Assembly: GCA_041483195.1 (NCBI GenBank)
Contig: JBGPFC010000005.1
Span: 100,958-164,957 of the forward strand
DNA length: 64,000 nucleotides
Reading direction: 5' to 3'
DNA from: Candidatus Eiseniibacteriota bacterium
Lineage (GTDB): Bacteria > Eisenbacteria > RBG-16-71-46
Both the position numbers and the translations under genes were made by a program. Below the pieces are notes generated by a model that had not been told where the DNA came from, did not search any database, and saw nothing but the letters and a program-made list of their open reading frames with translations. Numbering within the stretch: the first letter of the stretch is position 1; every line of letters begins with the position of its first letter. Positions 21,627 to 31,230 of this stretch are shown here, in pieces.

Positions 21627-24377
21627 TCAGCGTTTGACGGTCGCGGGCGGAGCCGCCATCTGCGCGCTCAGGATCTCGGTGAAATATTCGTCACCGGTCT
21701 GGATCGACGCGCTCATGTAATAGCGAACCAGCCCGTGCTCGTCGAACATCCCGGGCGGGTACATGGCGACCCCCACGACGCCGGTCGGAGCCTTGAGCAT
21801 GACCATCTGATAGCGCCGCCACGGACCGTCGGGGGCCTGCACGTGCAGCCACATCTCGCGCACCTCGGTATCGCTCACGCCCTCCAGGCTGCCCGAGATG
21901 ACGACCGGGGCATCCAGCGGGATGCGCGCCGGCGGAGCGAGCGCGCTCAGCGACGGACGGTCGAGATTGAGCCCGAGCTCGAAGGTCGCGAACCGCTGGT
22001 TGCCGCCGGGAAGATCGATGACCTGGACCGGCGCGCCCTCGCCCTGGTACTCGACGCGGACGCTGTGCGGCCCGCGCGGCAGCTCGAGCGGAAGCGGCGT
22101 GAGCCCGCGCTTCTCTCCATCGATCCACACGGTGGCGCCGGTGAGATCCTGCGTACCTCTCTCGTCGGTCAGGTTCGCGCGCACCTCGATGACACCCGTG
22201 GCGGGCGAGGTCATCGGTCGCGCGATCACCTCGACGGTCTCCCCCACGCGCACCGGGACCGTCTCGCTCCACGACGGCATGCCGGGCCCCGAGAAGCGCA
22301 GCTCGTGCGGCCCGGGTACCACGCTGTCGGCCTTGACCGGCGCGAACCCGATGCTCTGTCCGTCGAGCGTGACCGCGATCGGCAGGGCGGCGTCCGCGCT
22401 GTGCACAGAGACCGATCCCCAAAGCGGCGCATCGAGAACGACCCGATCGCCGCGCTCGCCGCGCACGTCGAATCCCGCGCTCCCGAGGTCCGAAAGCGAG
22501 AGCGTGACGCGGTGCGTGCCGGGCGCGAAGTCGATGGTCGCCGGAGTGCGACGCGCGAGGTCCTTGCCGTCGGCGGCGATCCACGCTCCCTGCGGGCGGC
22601 TGTTCACCGTGACCTCGTAGCGTGCGCCGCCGACACCGATCGCTCGCAGCGCGTGAAGCAACGAAGGACGGCGGCCGTCTGCCCCCTCGCGATTCTCCTG
22701 CAGGCTGCCCACCAGCCAGCCTCCGGCGAACAACGCGACGAACAGCACGACCCAGGCCCACGGCTTCTTCCAGAGCGGGCGCTCGAATTCCATCTCGCTC
22801 GCCGATGGCCATGCGGGTCGCAGCGGCGGATGCGCGGCGGGTGGCGCGGCTTCGGAATCATCCGCCCACGGAACGGCCTCCCGATCGGGCGCGGCCGGGA
22901 AAGCCTCGTCGGCCGCGCCGGGTGCGGCGAACGGCGCATGGATCGGCGCGGCCGGAACCGCAGGCGCCGCATCCGGCGCTTCGATCGGAGCGATCGTGAT
23001 CTCCGCCGCCCGCGGCGGCGCGCCATGCGAAGGCGTTGGCGGCAGCATCATCGGCGCGTGAGTCTCGATCGCGATCGGGATGGGCGGCGCGACGCTCTCG
23101 CCGATCACGCGCGGATGCAGCTCGATCTCCGACCCGACCGGTTCGATCTGCATCCCCAACACGGGTCGCGCGGGGGATACCGGGCGATCCGACTCACGCA
23201 CGAGCCAGTCCGCGGCGTCCTGCGCGAGCGACGGCGGCTCGGGCGTGGGCGGGATCAGGTCGGGCAGATCGGATGGCGTCGCGAGCGCATCGCCCGGCAT
23301 TCCTTCGGGGACCGATGCGAACTCCGGCTCGCGTCCCTCGAGCTCATCGGATGGAATCTCTCGAGTCTGGCGCGCCGCGCGATTCCACGGCCAGACGCGC
23401 TCGATCCACGCACGGAACACGCTGCGGCGTCGGACGTGGTCCACGTCGGATTCCGGCGAGTCCGAAGCTTCGCCCTCGGCGCTCGATTCCGCGGCCGCAT
23501 AGACCGCAGGCGGCGCGGGGCTCGCGCCCGACAGGCGCGCGAGCGCGGCGGACGTGTCGCGCGCGGCGATTCCACGCATGCGCTCCTCTTCGCCGGCCGG
23601 CAGTTGAGGAAACAGCATGGCATCGCGCAGGCTCGACTCGCCCGCCGCGACCGGCGCCGGGACGGGGGCGAGCCCGCCGCCCGGCGCGACTGCGATCGGA
23701 TCGGGCGCGCGCGGAGCGGGCACGGTCATCGGGCGGGCGATGGACGGGGACGCCACCTCCGCGCGGGATGGAGCCTGAGGCGCCTCGCGCTCGTCCGGCC
23801 ACTCCGCGACGACCGTCACCGCGGGACCCTCTGGATCGTGCGGATCCGCGGCATACGTGAGGCACACCCGCACGCGGTGAGTGGCGTCGACACCGAACGC
23901 GCGCGCCTCGCTCCCCGAATCGTCGCGCACCCGCACCCACTCGATATCGGCGAGCTCCCCGTTCAGCCACACTTCTGCCACCGCCTCGCCGATCCAACCG
24001 AATCCCACCTCGCGATCGCCGTCCACGAAGGCGAGGGTGCTGGGATGGGGCCCCTCCGCGCGGACCCACACCTCGCTGTGCGAGAACAGGAGTCCTGCCA
24101 GGGCGTGATGGAGCAGGGCGGGGATGGGCCGAGGGCCGGTGTCGGTGCGAGATGTTTCCCGCGCGACCCCGATCAGATCGCTGAGCCAGCCCTCCACCTC
24201 GGACGCGGTGTATCCCGATGGGACACCCAGGAGCAGCAGCTCGCATGAGGCGCTGCGCGCCCCGGCGCTCAAAACCTCGCCGCGAACCCGGGCCGAAATG
24301 TTCCACTGCCGGGTGGCCACATGAGCCACGTTCATCGAGGGGCTCCCTCCCCGAGCGACTGCCTTCGCTTCCATCAT
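21627..24377 (-). CDS. Bitopic membrane protein: globular N-domain, Pro-rich linker, one TM, about three PEGA domains
   Basis: TM WAWVVLFVALFAGGWLV; PEGA-like units VNSRPQGAWI..TP..PGTHRV, PGPHEL, GATVWIDG..GLTP..GPHSVRV. Confidence 0.7.
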   Translation of the reverse strand: MMEAKAVARGGSPSMNVAHVATRQWNISARVRGEVLSAGARSASCELLLLGVPSGYTASEVEGWLSDLIGVARETSRTDTGPRPIPALLHHALAGLLFSHSEVWVRAEGPHPSTLAFVDGDREVGFGWIGEAVAEVWLNGELADIEWVRVRDDSGSEARAFGVDATHRVRVCLTYAADPHDPEGPAVTVVAEWPDEREAPQAPSRAEVASPSIARPMTVPAPRAPDPIAVAPGGGLAPVPAPVAAGESSLRDAMLFPQLPAGEEERMRGIAARDTSAALARLSGASPAPPAVYAAAESSAEGEASDSPESDVDHVRRRSVFRAWIERVWPWNRAARQTREIPSDELEGREPEFASVPEGMPGDALATPSDLPDLIPPTPEPPSLAQDAADWLVRESDRPVSPARPVLGMQIEPVGSEIELHPRVIGESVAPPIPIAIETHAPMMLPPTPSHGAPPRAAEITIAPIEAPDAAPAVPAAPIHAPFAAPGAADEAFPAAPDREAVPWADDSEAAPPAAHPPLRPAWPSASEMEFERPLWKKPWAWVVLFVALFAGGWLVGSLQENREGADGRRPSLLHALRAIGVGGARYEVTVNSRPQGAWIAADGKDLARRTPATIDFAPGTHRVTLSLSDLGSAGFDVRGERGDRVVLDAPLWGSVSVHSADAALPIAVTLDGQSIGFAPVKADSVVPGPHELRFSGPGMPSWSETVPVRVGETVEVIARPMTSPATGVIEVRANLTDERGTQDLTGATVWIDGEKRGLTPLPLELPRGPHSVRVEYQGEGAPVQVIDLPGGNQRFATFELGLNLDRPSLSALAPPARIPLDAPVVISGSLEGVSDTEVREMWLHVQAPDGPWRRYQMVMLKAPTGVVGVAMYPPGMFDEHGLVRYYMSASIQTGDEYFTEILSAQMAAPPATVKR

Positions 24378-24439
24378 CGGTGCGCGCTTCGCCGCAAGCT
24401 ATCCAAGCCCCATTCAAGTGTCAATGGCCGATGGACTTG

Positions 24440-24455
24440 TGGCATGGGACTTGCC
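24440..24455 (+). promoter_or_regulatory. Candidate sigma54 -24/-12 promoter upstream of mltD
   Basis: TGGCATGGGACTTGCC, GG-N10-GC. Confidence 0.5.
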
Positions 24456-24615
24456 GCTACGTATGTGGCCCGGTTCGAATCCCGGGACTTGCAGGCAGCA
24501 CCCACCGCTCGGATCAGGCGAAGTGGCGGATTGCAGATTGCATCTTGCATGCCGAATGGGTAGCTTCCCGCGGACTGTGCGCGCCGCATTCACGGTCTCA
24601 CCCGGGGATTTCGAT

Positions 24616-26511
24616 TTGATCCAGGCTCGGATTTCCATCCTGCCGGTCGTCTCGCTCGCGGCAATGCTCGCGTTCGGGCCCGCGCGCGCGGCCGAGTACT
24701 CGTTGCCGGCCGGGCCGCAGGCGCCGGCGGCGGGCGCGCCGATCTCCCCGGCCGCGATCGGCGACAGCGCGATGGCCGACAGTCCCATCGCGAGCGCGCG
24801 CTCCGCGTACCAGGCGGCATGGGCGCTCAAGCAAGCCGGCGACTACGCATCCTCCATCTCGACCTGCGATCAGGCGCTCTCGGACATCACCGACGTGTTC
24901 GCGCGGAGCCCGGACGCGACCACCTGGCGCGAGCTCGCCGACCTGCGTTCTCGCATCGGCGGGGTACGCGACGGCGCGAAGCACGCGCTCGAGTCGGAGA
25001 AGAATGATCCGGGCAACGCGGCCGACGCGAACGTGCTCAACGCGCCGGCGGTCGATACGATCGAGCCCCAGTTCAACGCCGACGTCTATCGATGGATCGA
25101 GTTCTTCACCGGGGCGGGGCGTTCCGTGTTCGAGCGATGGCTCAAGCGTTCGGGCCGCTACATGGACCTGTTCCGAGCGGTCCTTCAGAAGGAAGGGCTT
25201 CCCCCGGATCTGGTGCACCTGGTGTTCGTCGAGAGCGGCTTCAACCTCAATGCGCGCTCGGTGTCGGCCGCGGTCGGGCCCTGGCAGTTCCTCCGCTCCA
25301 CCGGGCGCCTGTTCGGGCTCACGGTGAACCAGTGGGTGGACGAGCGGCGCGACCCGGAGAAGTCCACCGTCGCGGCCGCGCGCTACCTCAAGCACCTCTA
25401 CTCGATCTTCGGCGACTGGCCGCTCGCGCTCGCTTCGTACAACGCGGGCGAGGGCACGGTGCTGCGCGCGATCAAGTCGCAGGGCACCACGAACTACTGG
25501 GATCTCAGGCTACCGCGCCAGACCGAGGAGTACGTGCCGCAGTTCATGGCGGTGCTCGCCATCTCGCGGGACCCCGAGAAGTACGGGTTCGACGCGATCG
25601 AGGTCGAGGACCCGATGGCGTTCGACGAGATCGCGTTCCAGGGCCCGGTCGACCTGCGCGCCATCGCGAAGCTCGCCGAGTGCTCGTACGATGAACTCCG
25701 CACGCTGAACCCGGCGGTGCGCACCCACGCGGCGCGGGGAGCGAACGGCGTCACCACGCTGCGCGTGCCGCAGGGCAAGGGCGAGATCCTCATGCAGCGG
25801 CTCCAGCAGGGCGCGCGCCTCCCCGCGGTCGATCTCACGCTCAAGCACCGCGTGAAGCGCGGCGAGACCCTGCAGGGCATCGCGAACCAGTACCACGTCA
25901 ACGCCGAGCAGCTCGCGCGCGCCAACGGCATCGGGCGCAAGCATCCGCTGCGGCTCGGCACCACGCTCACCGTCCCCGCGAGCATGCGCTCGCCATCGCT
26001 CGAGGTGGTCGCCTCCGATGATCCCCGCGCGTCGACCGGTTACGTGCCAGAGCGCAACATCCGGCCGTCCGCGCAGCTCGACGGCGCATCGACCGCCGAG
26101 GGCCGGATCACGGTCACGGTGAGGCGCGGCGAGACGCTCGCGCAGATCGCCGACCGCTACGGCGTGTCGGTGGACGACATCCGCCGCTGGAACCGGCTCA
26201 AGACCACATCCGTTCGCCGCGGAACGCGACTCAAGCTGCGCACCGGCGATGCGCTCGTGAGCGAGAACACCGCCGCGGACAGCGCACAGATCGCGTCGCT
26301 TCCGGTGCGAGCTTCGCGGCGGTCGAGGGGCTCGCACCACGCGGCGAGCGCCGCGCCCGATGCGAGCGGCACGATCGTCGTGCGCGCCGGCGACACGCTG
26401 GGCGATATCGCGCGCCGCAACGGAATCTCGCTCGCGGCGCTCAAGCGCGCCAACAGCCTGACCACGAGCCGCATCCGGGCCGGCCAGCGGCTCCGCCTCC
26501 CGGAGGGCTAG
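24616..26511 (+). CDS. mltD: MltD-like lytic transglycosylase with LysM repeats
   Basis: FVESGFN, AVGPWQF, DERRDPEKST, ASYNAGEG, three clear LysM repeats; TTG start chosen before a signal peptide. Confidence 0.88.
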   Translation: MIQARISILPVVSLAAMLAFGPARAAEYSLPAGPQAPAAGAPISPAAIGDSAMADSPIASARSAYQAAWALKQAGDYASSISTCDQALSDITDVFARSPDATTWRELADLRSRIGGVRDGAKHALESEKNDPGNAADANVLNAPAVDTIEPQFNADVYRWIEFFTGAGRSVFERWLKRSGRYMDLFRAVLQKEGLPPDLVHLVFVESGFNLNARSVSAAVGPWQFLRSTGRLFGLTVNQWVDERRDPEKSTVAAARYLKHLYSIFGDWPLALASYNAGEGTVLRAIKSQGTTNYWDLRLPRQTEEYVPQFMAVLAISRDPEKYGFDAIEVEDPMAFDEIAFQGPVDLRAIAKLAECSYDELRTLNPAVRTHAARGANGVTTLRVPQGKGEILMQRLQQGARLPAVDLTLKHRVKRGETLQGIANQYHVNAEQLARANGIGRKHPLRLGTTLTVPASMRSPSLEVVASDDPRASTGYVPERNIRPSAQLDGASTAEGRITVTVRRGETLAQIADRYGVSVDDIRRWNRLKTTSVRRGTRLKLRTGDALVSENTAADSAQIASLPVRASRRSRGSHHAASAAPDASGTIVVRAGDTLGDIARRNGISLAALKRANSLTTSRIRAGQRLRLPEG

Positions 26512-26556
26512 CCGCCCGCTCCGCGCGCCGCCCGTTCGCCGGCGGCGTTCGCGGTT

Positions 26557-27834
26557 TCAGTGCATCGACTCCGGGCCGTCCACCACGCCCCCGGCGGGCA
26601 CGTGATCGCCGAAGTCGGCCTCGGTCACGAACGCTCCGATCCGCGCGTTGCGCCCGATCCGGATGCCTGCCGGCAGCTGCGCGCCCTTCCCGACCACCGT
26701 GAGTCCATGCGCGAGATGGTCGGGGCACGCGCGATTCGGAGCGGCGGCGTCGCCGTGCCCGATGATCGCGCCGTCCCCGATCCGCACCTGCTTGTCCACG
26801 ATCGCGCGATCGAGGACCGCGTTCCGGCCGACGAACGTGTCATGCATGACGATGCTGTCCCTCACGATCGCGCCGGCCGACACCGTCACGCCCGGGAACA
26901 GGATCGAGCGCACCACCTCTCCCGCGACGCGGCTGCCGTTCGCGACCAGGCTGCGCGCGGCGCGCCCGCCGTGCTCGATCATGACCGGCGGACGGTCCGC
27001 GCTCTGGGTGTGGATCACCCAGTCGGGATCGTTCAGATCGAGCGGCGGACTGTCCGAGAGAAACGCGAGATTGGAGTCGTAGTAGGAGTCGAGCGTGCCC
27101 ACGTCCTGCCAGTAGTCCTGGAAGCGGTACGCGAAGACCCGTTCGCCGCGCGCGACCAGCCGCGGGAGCAGATCCTTGCCGAAGTCGTGTCGCGAGTCCT
27201 CCATCACCGCGTCCTCGGTGAGCCAGCGGATCAGCGAATCGCGGTCGAACAGATACACGCCCATCGACGCGAGGCGCGAGCGCGCCTGCTTGGGCTTCTC
27301 CTGGAATCCGACGATGCGGCCGCTCGGGTCCGTCTCGAGGATTCCAAAGCCGCTGACCGCGGCCTCCGGCACCTCGGTCACCGCGACCGTGGCCGCGGCC
27401 CCGCTCGCGGCGTGGAATGCGTATAGCACGTTGTAATCCATCTTGTAGACATGATCGCCGGACAGCACCAGCAGCTGGTCGATGCGCCGTCGCCGCAGGT
27501 GGATCAGGTTCTGGTAGATCGCGTCCGCGGTGCCCTGGTACCAGTCGCTCTGCACGCTGCCGAGCGCGGGCTGCAGCACCTGGATCCCGCCGCGCGTGCG
27601 ATCGAGGTCCCACGGCCGCCCGGTTCCGATGTGCTGGTGGAGCGACGTCGGACGGTACTGGGTCAGCACGCCGATATCGTAGATCCCGGAGTTCACGCAG
27701 TTCGAGAGCGTGAAGTCGATGATGCGGTACTTGCCCGCGAACGGCACGGCGGGCTTGGCTCGCCGCTCGCTCAGCAGGCAGAGCCGGCTCCCCACGCCGC
27801 CCGCCAGGATGAACGCGTAGCGCGAGCTTCTCAT
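26557..27834 (-). CDS. glgC: Glucose-1-phosphate adenylyltransferase (catalytic)
   Basis: [50 protein letters not shown]. Confidence 0.93.
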   Translation of the reverse strand: MRSSRYAFILAGGVGSRLCLLSERRAKPAVPFAGKYRIIDFTLSNCVNSGIYDIGVLTQYRPTSLHQHIGTGRPWDLDRTRGGIQVLQPALGSVQSDWYQGTADAIYQNLIHLRRRRIDQLLVLSGDHVYKMDYNVLYAFHAASGAAATVAVTEVPEAAVSGFGILETDPSGRIVGFQEKPKQARSRLASMGVYLFDRDSLIRWLTEDAVMEDSRHDFGKDLLPRLVARGERVFAYRFQDYWQDVGTLDSYYDSNLAFLSDSPPLDLNDPDWVIHTQSADRPPVMIEHGGRAARSLVANGSRVAGEVVRSILFPGVTVSAGAIVRDSIVMHDTFVGRNAVLDRAIVDKQVRIGDGAIIGHGDAAAPNRACPDHLAHGLTVVGKGAQLPAGIRIGRNARIGAFVTEADFGDHVPAGGVVDGPESMH

Positions 27835-29090
27835 CGCGCGTCCTCGTACCACGGCCGGTTCGGAATCACGGAGCCCGGCGCGATCTCGCCGGCGCTGAAG
27901 TCCGGCGGCCCGCCCCCGACCCCGATCACCGCCGCCCGCCCCACGCGCGCGCCGGGCGGGATGTGCGCGTCCTTTCCGACCAGCGTGAGTCCATCCAGCC
28001 AGGCGCTCTCGGGCGCGTGCGGGATCTCGCCGTAGCCCACCACCGCCCCCTCGCCGAGCCGCGCGTATTTGTCGATGATCGCGCGATCCACCCGCGCGCG
28101 ACGTTCCAGGGTCACGTCGGACATCACGACCGAATCGACGACCTGAGCCCCGGCCTCGACCCGCACCCCGGGAAACAGCACGGAGCGCCGAACCACGCCC
28201 GCGATGCTGCAACCGTTCGCGATCAGGCTGTCTTCGACCGCCGCGCTCTCGCGCAGCAGCACCGGCGGGCGCTCTTCGTCGCGGCTCAGGATCGGCCAGC
28301 GCGGGTCGTAGAGCGCGAGCCGCGGCTCGGCGCCGAGCAGTTCGAGGTTGGAGCGGTAGTACGAGTCGATGGTGCCGACGTCCTCCCAGTATCCGCCGAA
28401 CTCGTGAACCACGAGCCGCTCGCCGGCCTCGATCATGGGGCGCACCACGTCGAGCACGAGATTCACCGGGTGGCCGCGCAGCCACTCCCCCAGCACCTCG
28501 GTGTCGAACATGTAGATCCCCATCGACGCGTGCGGCGTGGGCGCGTGCACCGGCTTCTCGACCAGGCTGAGCACGCGGCCGTCGGGGTCGAAGGTGACCA
28601 TGCCGAAGCGCCGGGCTTGAGCGGCGGGAACGCGCGTGACGGCGAGCGTGGCGGCCGCGCGGTGCTCGAGGTGGGTCGCCAGCAGCGCGCGATAGTCCAT
28701 CCGGTAGACGTGATCGCCCGAGAGCACCAGCACGCGCGCCGGACGGCGTTCCATGATCGCGTCCCAGTTCTGGGCGATCGCGTCGGCGGTGCCGCGATAC
28801 CACCCGGACTGATTGCGGGTCTGGAACGGCTGGAAGATCACGACGCCGCCGCTGCGGCGATCGAGGTCCCACGCGCGTCCCGCGCCGATGTGATCGTGGA
28901 GCGAGATCGGCGCGTGCTGGGTGATGACCCCGACGTGCTCGGCGCCGGAGTGGCAGAGATTGCTGAGCACGAAGTCGATGATGCGGTACTTCCCGCCGAA
29001 CGGCACGGCGCTCACCGCGCGCTCCGCGGTGAGCACGCTCAGCCGCTCGCCGCCGCCTCCGGAGAGGACCAACGCCATCGTCTCTCGCAC
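27831..29090 (-). CDS. GlgC paralog, probably GlgD-like subunit
   Basis: Same fold motifs but RAVSAVP in place of RAKPAVP and no DFG motif. Confidence 0.8.
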   Translation of the reverse strand: MRETMALVLSGGGGERLSVLTAERAVSAVPFGGKYRIIDFVLSNLCHSGAEHVGVITQHAPISLHDHIGAGRAWDLDRRSGGVVIFQPFQTRNQSGWYRGTADAIAQNWDAIMERRPARVLVLSGDHVYRMDYRALLATHLEHRAAATLAVTRVPAAQARRFGMVTFDPDGRVLSLVEKPVHAPTPHASMGIYMFDTEVLGEWLRGHPVNLVLDVVRPMIEAGERLVVHEFGGYWEDVGTIDSYYRSNLELLGAEPRLALYDPRWPILSRDEERPPVLLRESAAVEDSLIANGCSIAGVVRRSVLFPGVRVEAGAQVVDSVVMSDVTLERRARVDRAIIDKYARLGEGAVVGYGEIPHAPESAWLDGLTLVGKDAHIPPGARVGRAAVIGVGGGPPDFSAGEIAPGSVIPNRPWYEDAR

Positions 29091-29130
29091 CCGCGCTCTC
29101 CCAGGAAGGTCCGCCGTGAGAATCGCACGG

Positions 29131-29159
29131 ACACTAGGAAGCGTGGAGGATCAAGTCAA
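29131..29159 (-). promoter_or_regulatory. Sigma70-like promoter for the glg pair
   Basis: TTGACT-17 bp-TAGTGT on minus strand. Confidence 0.5.
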
Positions 29160-29197
29160 GGTGCGGCGCGCGCGGCGGAACGCGCGCGGCGGCCCGG

Positions 29198-30346
29198 CTA
29201 CCAGCTCCAGCCGAGCGCGACCAGGTGGGTGGCTTCGAGGTTCTTGTCGTTCGGGAAATCGGGGGCGTCCACCGCGAAGAAGCGGTGGAGCGAAGCCGCG
29301 TAGTCCACGCCGATCTGCTTGTAGCGGATGCCCAGACCGAAATTGAGATCCTTCCCGTTGACGCCGGTGCGCAGCGCGAAGGTGTTGCGGTACCAGTACT
29401 CGGCGCCGGTGCGCACGTCCCAGGTCTGGCCGCCGAACTTGAGCTGGCTGTCGAGCTTCTTCCGCTCGAATCCCCACGCCAGATCGAGCGCGAGCGTCAG
29501 CGCATGATGATCGGCCGGAAAGAAGTTGAAGGCCGCGCCGGTATCGAGCGTGGGATCGATGAGCTCGTGCGTGCCGTTGCTCCACGCGAGATAGGTCGTG
29601 GTGAGATCGCGCAGCGTCGCGCCGACGGTCACGGCGTCGCTGGGCATGTAGAGCACGCCCGCGTCGAGGCCCGCGCCGAACGAGGTCGCGTGCCCCACCG
29701 ACGTCACGCGGCGCGCGAGCGTATCGTAGACGGCCGCATCATTCGGGATGCTCTGGCGCACGAACTTGAGGTTTCCGCCCAGCGCCCAGTGCGCGCCGCG
29801 CTGCCGCGCGAACGAGAGCATCACGGCGAGGTCGTTGCTGCTCGCCATGAACAGGTTGTCGCTGGTGAGCAGCAGCCGCTCGCCGGGGTCCCACTGGCCG
29901 TTGTGATCGCCGTAGTCCGCGGTGCTGGGATCGTTGTCGATCCCGTAGTCGAGGTAGTCGCCGGGGCGCAGCCCTTCGGGCCGGGGCGTGATCGGGATGT
30001 CATCGACCGCGACCCGGATCGCCGAGACGCCGAACGCGGATTGACGGCCGCTCGGACCGCCGAGTGGAAACACGCCGGTGAGGTAGTCGTGATTCACGAG
30101 GCTCCCGAATTGCTCGGCGTGCTGCGCCACCACTTCGCGGTATGGGAGGTAGACCATCCCCGCGGGATTCCAGTAGGGCGCGGTCGCGTCGTCGGTCACC
30201 GCGATGAACGCCCCGCCCATGCCGATGGCCCGTGGGCCGACGGGCGACTTGAGGAATTCTCCCGCGTATTTCGTGGCGGCGGCGGGCCCGGCCGCGATGA
30301 TCGTGATCGCGAGCACGAGGAACAGCGGGGCTCTGAAACGCGTCAT
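29198..30346 (-). CDS. PorV/PorQ-like (FadL-type) outer-membrane beta-barrel
   Basis: Signal peptide, GPRAIGMGGAF..DDATAPYWNPAG, RTGAEY, terminal aromatic LGWSW. Confidence 0.75.
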   Translation of the reverse strand: MTRFRAPLFLVLAITIIAAGPAAATKYAGEFLKSPVGPRAIGMGGAFIAVTDDATAPYWNPAGMVYLPYREVVAQHAEQFGSLVNHDYLTGVFPLGGPSGRQSAFGVSAIRVAVDDIPITPRPEGLRPGDYLDYGIDNDPSTADYGDHNGQWDPGERLLLTSDNLFMASSNDLAVMLSFARQRGAHWALGGNLKFVRQSIPNDAAVYDTLARRVTSVGHATSFGAGLDAGVLYMPSDAVTVGATLRDLTTTYLAWSNGTHELIDPTLDTGAAFNFFPADHHALTLALDLAWGFERKKLDSQLKFGGQTWDVRTGAEYWYRNTFALRTGVNGKDLNFGLGIRYKQIGVDYAASLHRFFAVDAPDFPNDKNLEATHLVALGWSW

Positions 30347-30404
30347 GCATGCCTCGAGGAGTACTGAGCTCGGCCCGGACCAAGAAGCCTACGAGGGCTT
30401 CGAA

Positions 30405-30900
30405 TCAGATGTCAAACGTGTGACGCACCGGGCGCCACTCCGGCATGCCGGCCTCGCCGAGCGGCTTCGCGATGCGCCACTCGCCGCGGGTGCGGACCAG
30501 CTCGTTGCCGGTGCGAAAGGTCAGCTCTTCCCGCGCGCCCTTCGGAAGGTAGTGCACTTCGTACGTCACCATCACGCGACCGCTCTGCACCGGAAGCGAG
30601 CGGAAGTGCTCGAGCCGAAACAGGCGGGTCGGCGGCAGGAACCACAGCATCCCGGGGAACGGCAGATCGTGAGGACCCTCGATCAGACACTCCGCGACCG
30701 CTTCCTCGTCCCCCGCGCGCAACGCCTCCCAGTACGCCGCGAGCGTGGAGCTCGGCGACGTGAATCGTGGATCCACCCGGCATCGCTCGCCCAGTCCCAG
30801 CATGCTCCAGGCAACCACCGCCACCAGCAGCCACTCGCGTGCGCCCGCCTTCGAACGGGGCAGGCACGCCGGGACGACGCGCGCCTCGGCGGTGTCGTCG
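30405..30900 (-). CDS. Hypothetical membrane-anchored protein (start uncertain)
   Basis: Hydrophobic WLLVAVVAWSMLG followed by SPSSTLAAYWEAL..LVRTRGEWRI, NTF2-like pattern. Confidence 0.5.
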
Positions 30901-31230
30901 GAGATTACTACCCCGGCGGGGGCATCCGGCGTTCCAGAAAACGTCGCGGACCCGCGCGGAATCAGGCGATGGAGCTGCACGAAGAAGATCTCCCGCGCTG
31001 CGGCCGGGGTGCGATGGTGGGGCGTCCGTGCGGGGAAAAGTGGCCGGATGAGCGAGGCCGGCTGGCGGTTCACGCCGGCCGGGAGGCACATCTCCGCGCA
31101 CATCTATCCGCAGGAACCGTTCCGCGCGGGAGAATTCTGCGCCGCCTCCGGCGTCACCTCGACGTATAGGTTAGACCGGCGCTGGAAACACAATCCAGTC
31201 AATTGCTTGTGGGGGGAACGGAATCCCGGG

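Noticed and set aside
30900..31230. Possible ncRNA or riboswitch leader
   Set aside because: No recognisable family motif by eye; needs an Rfam search
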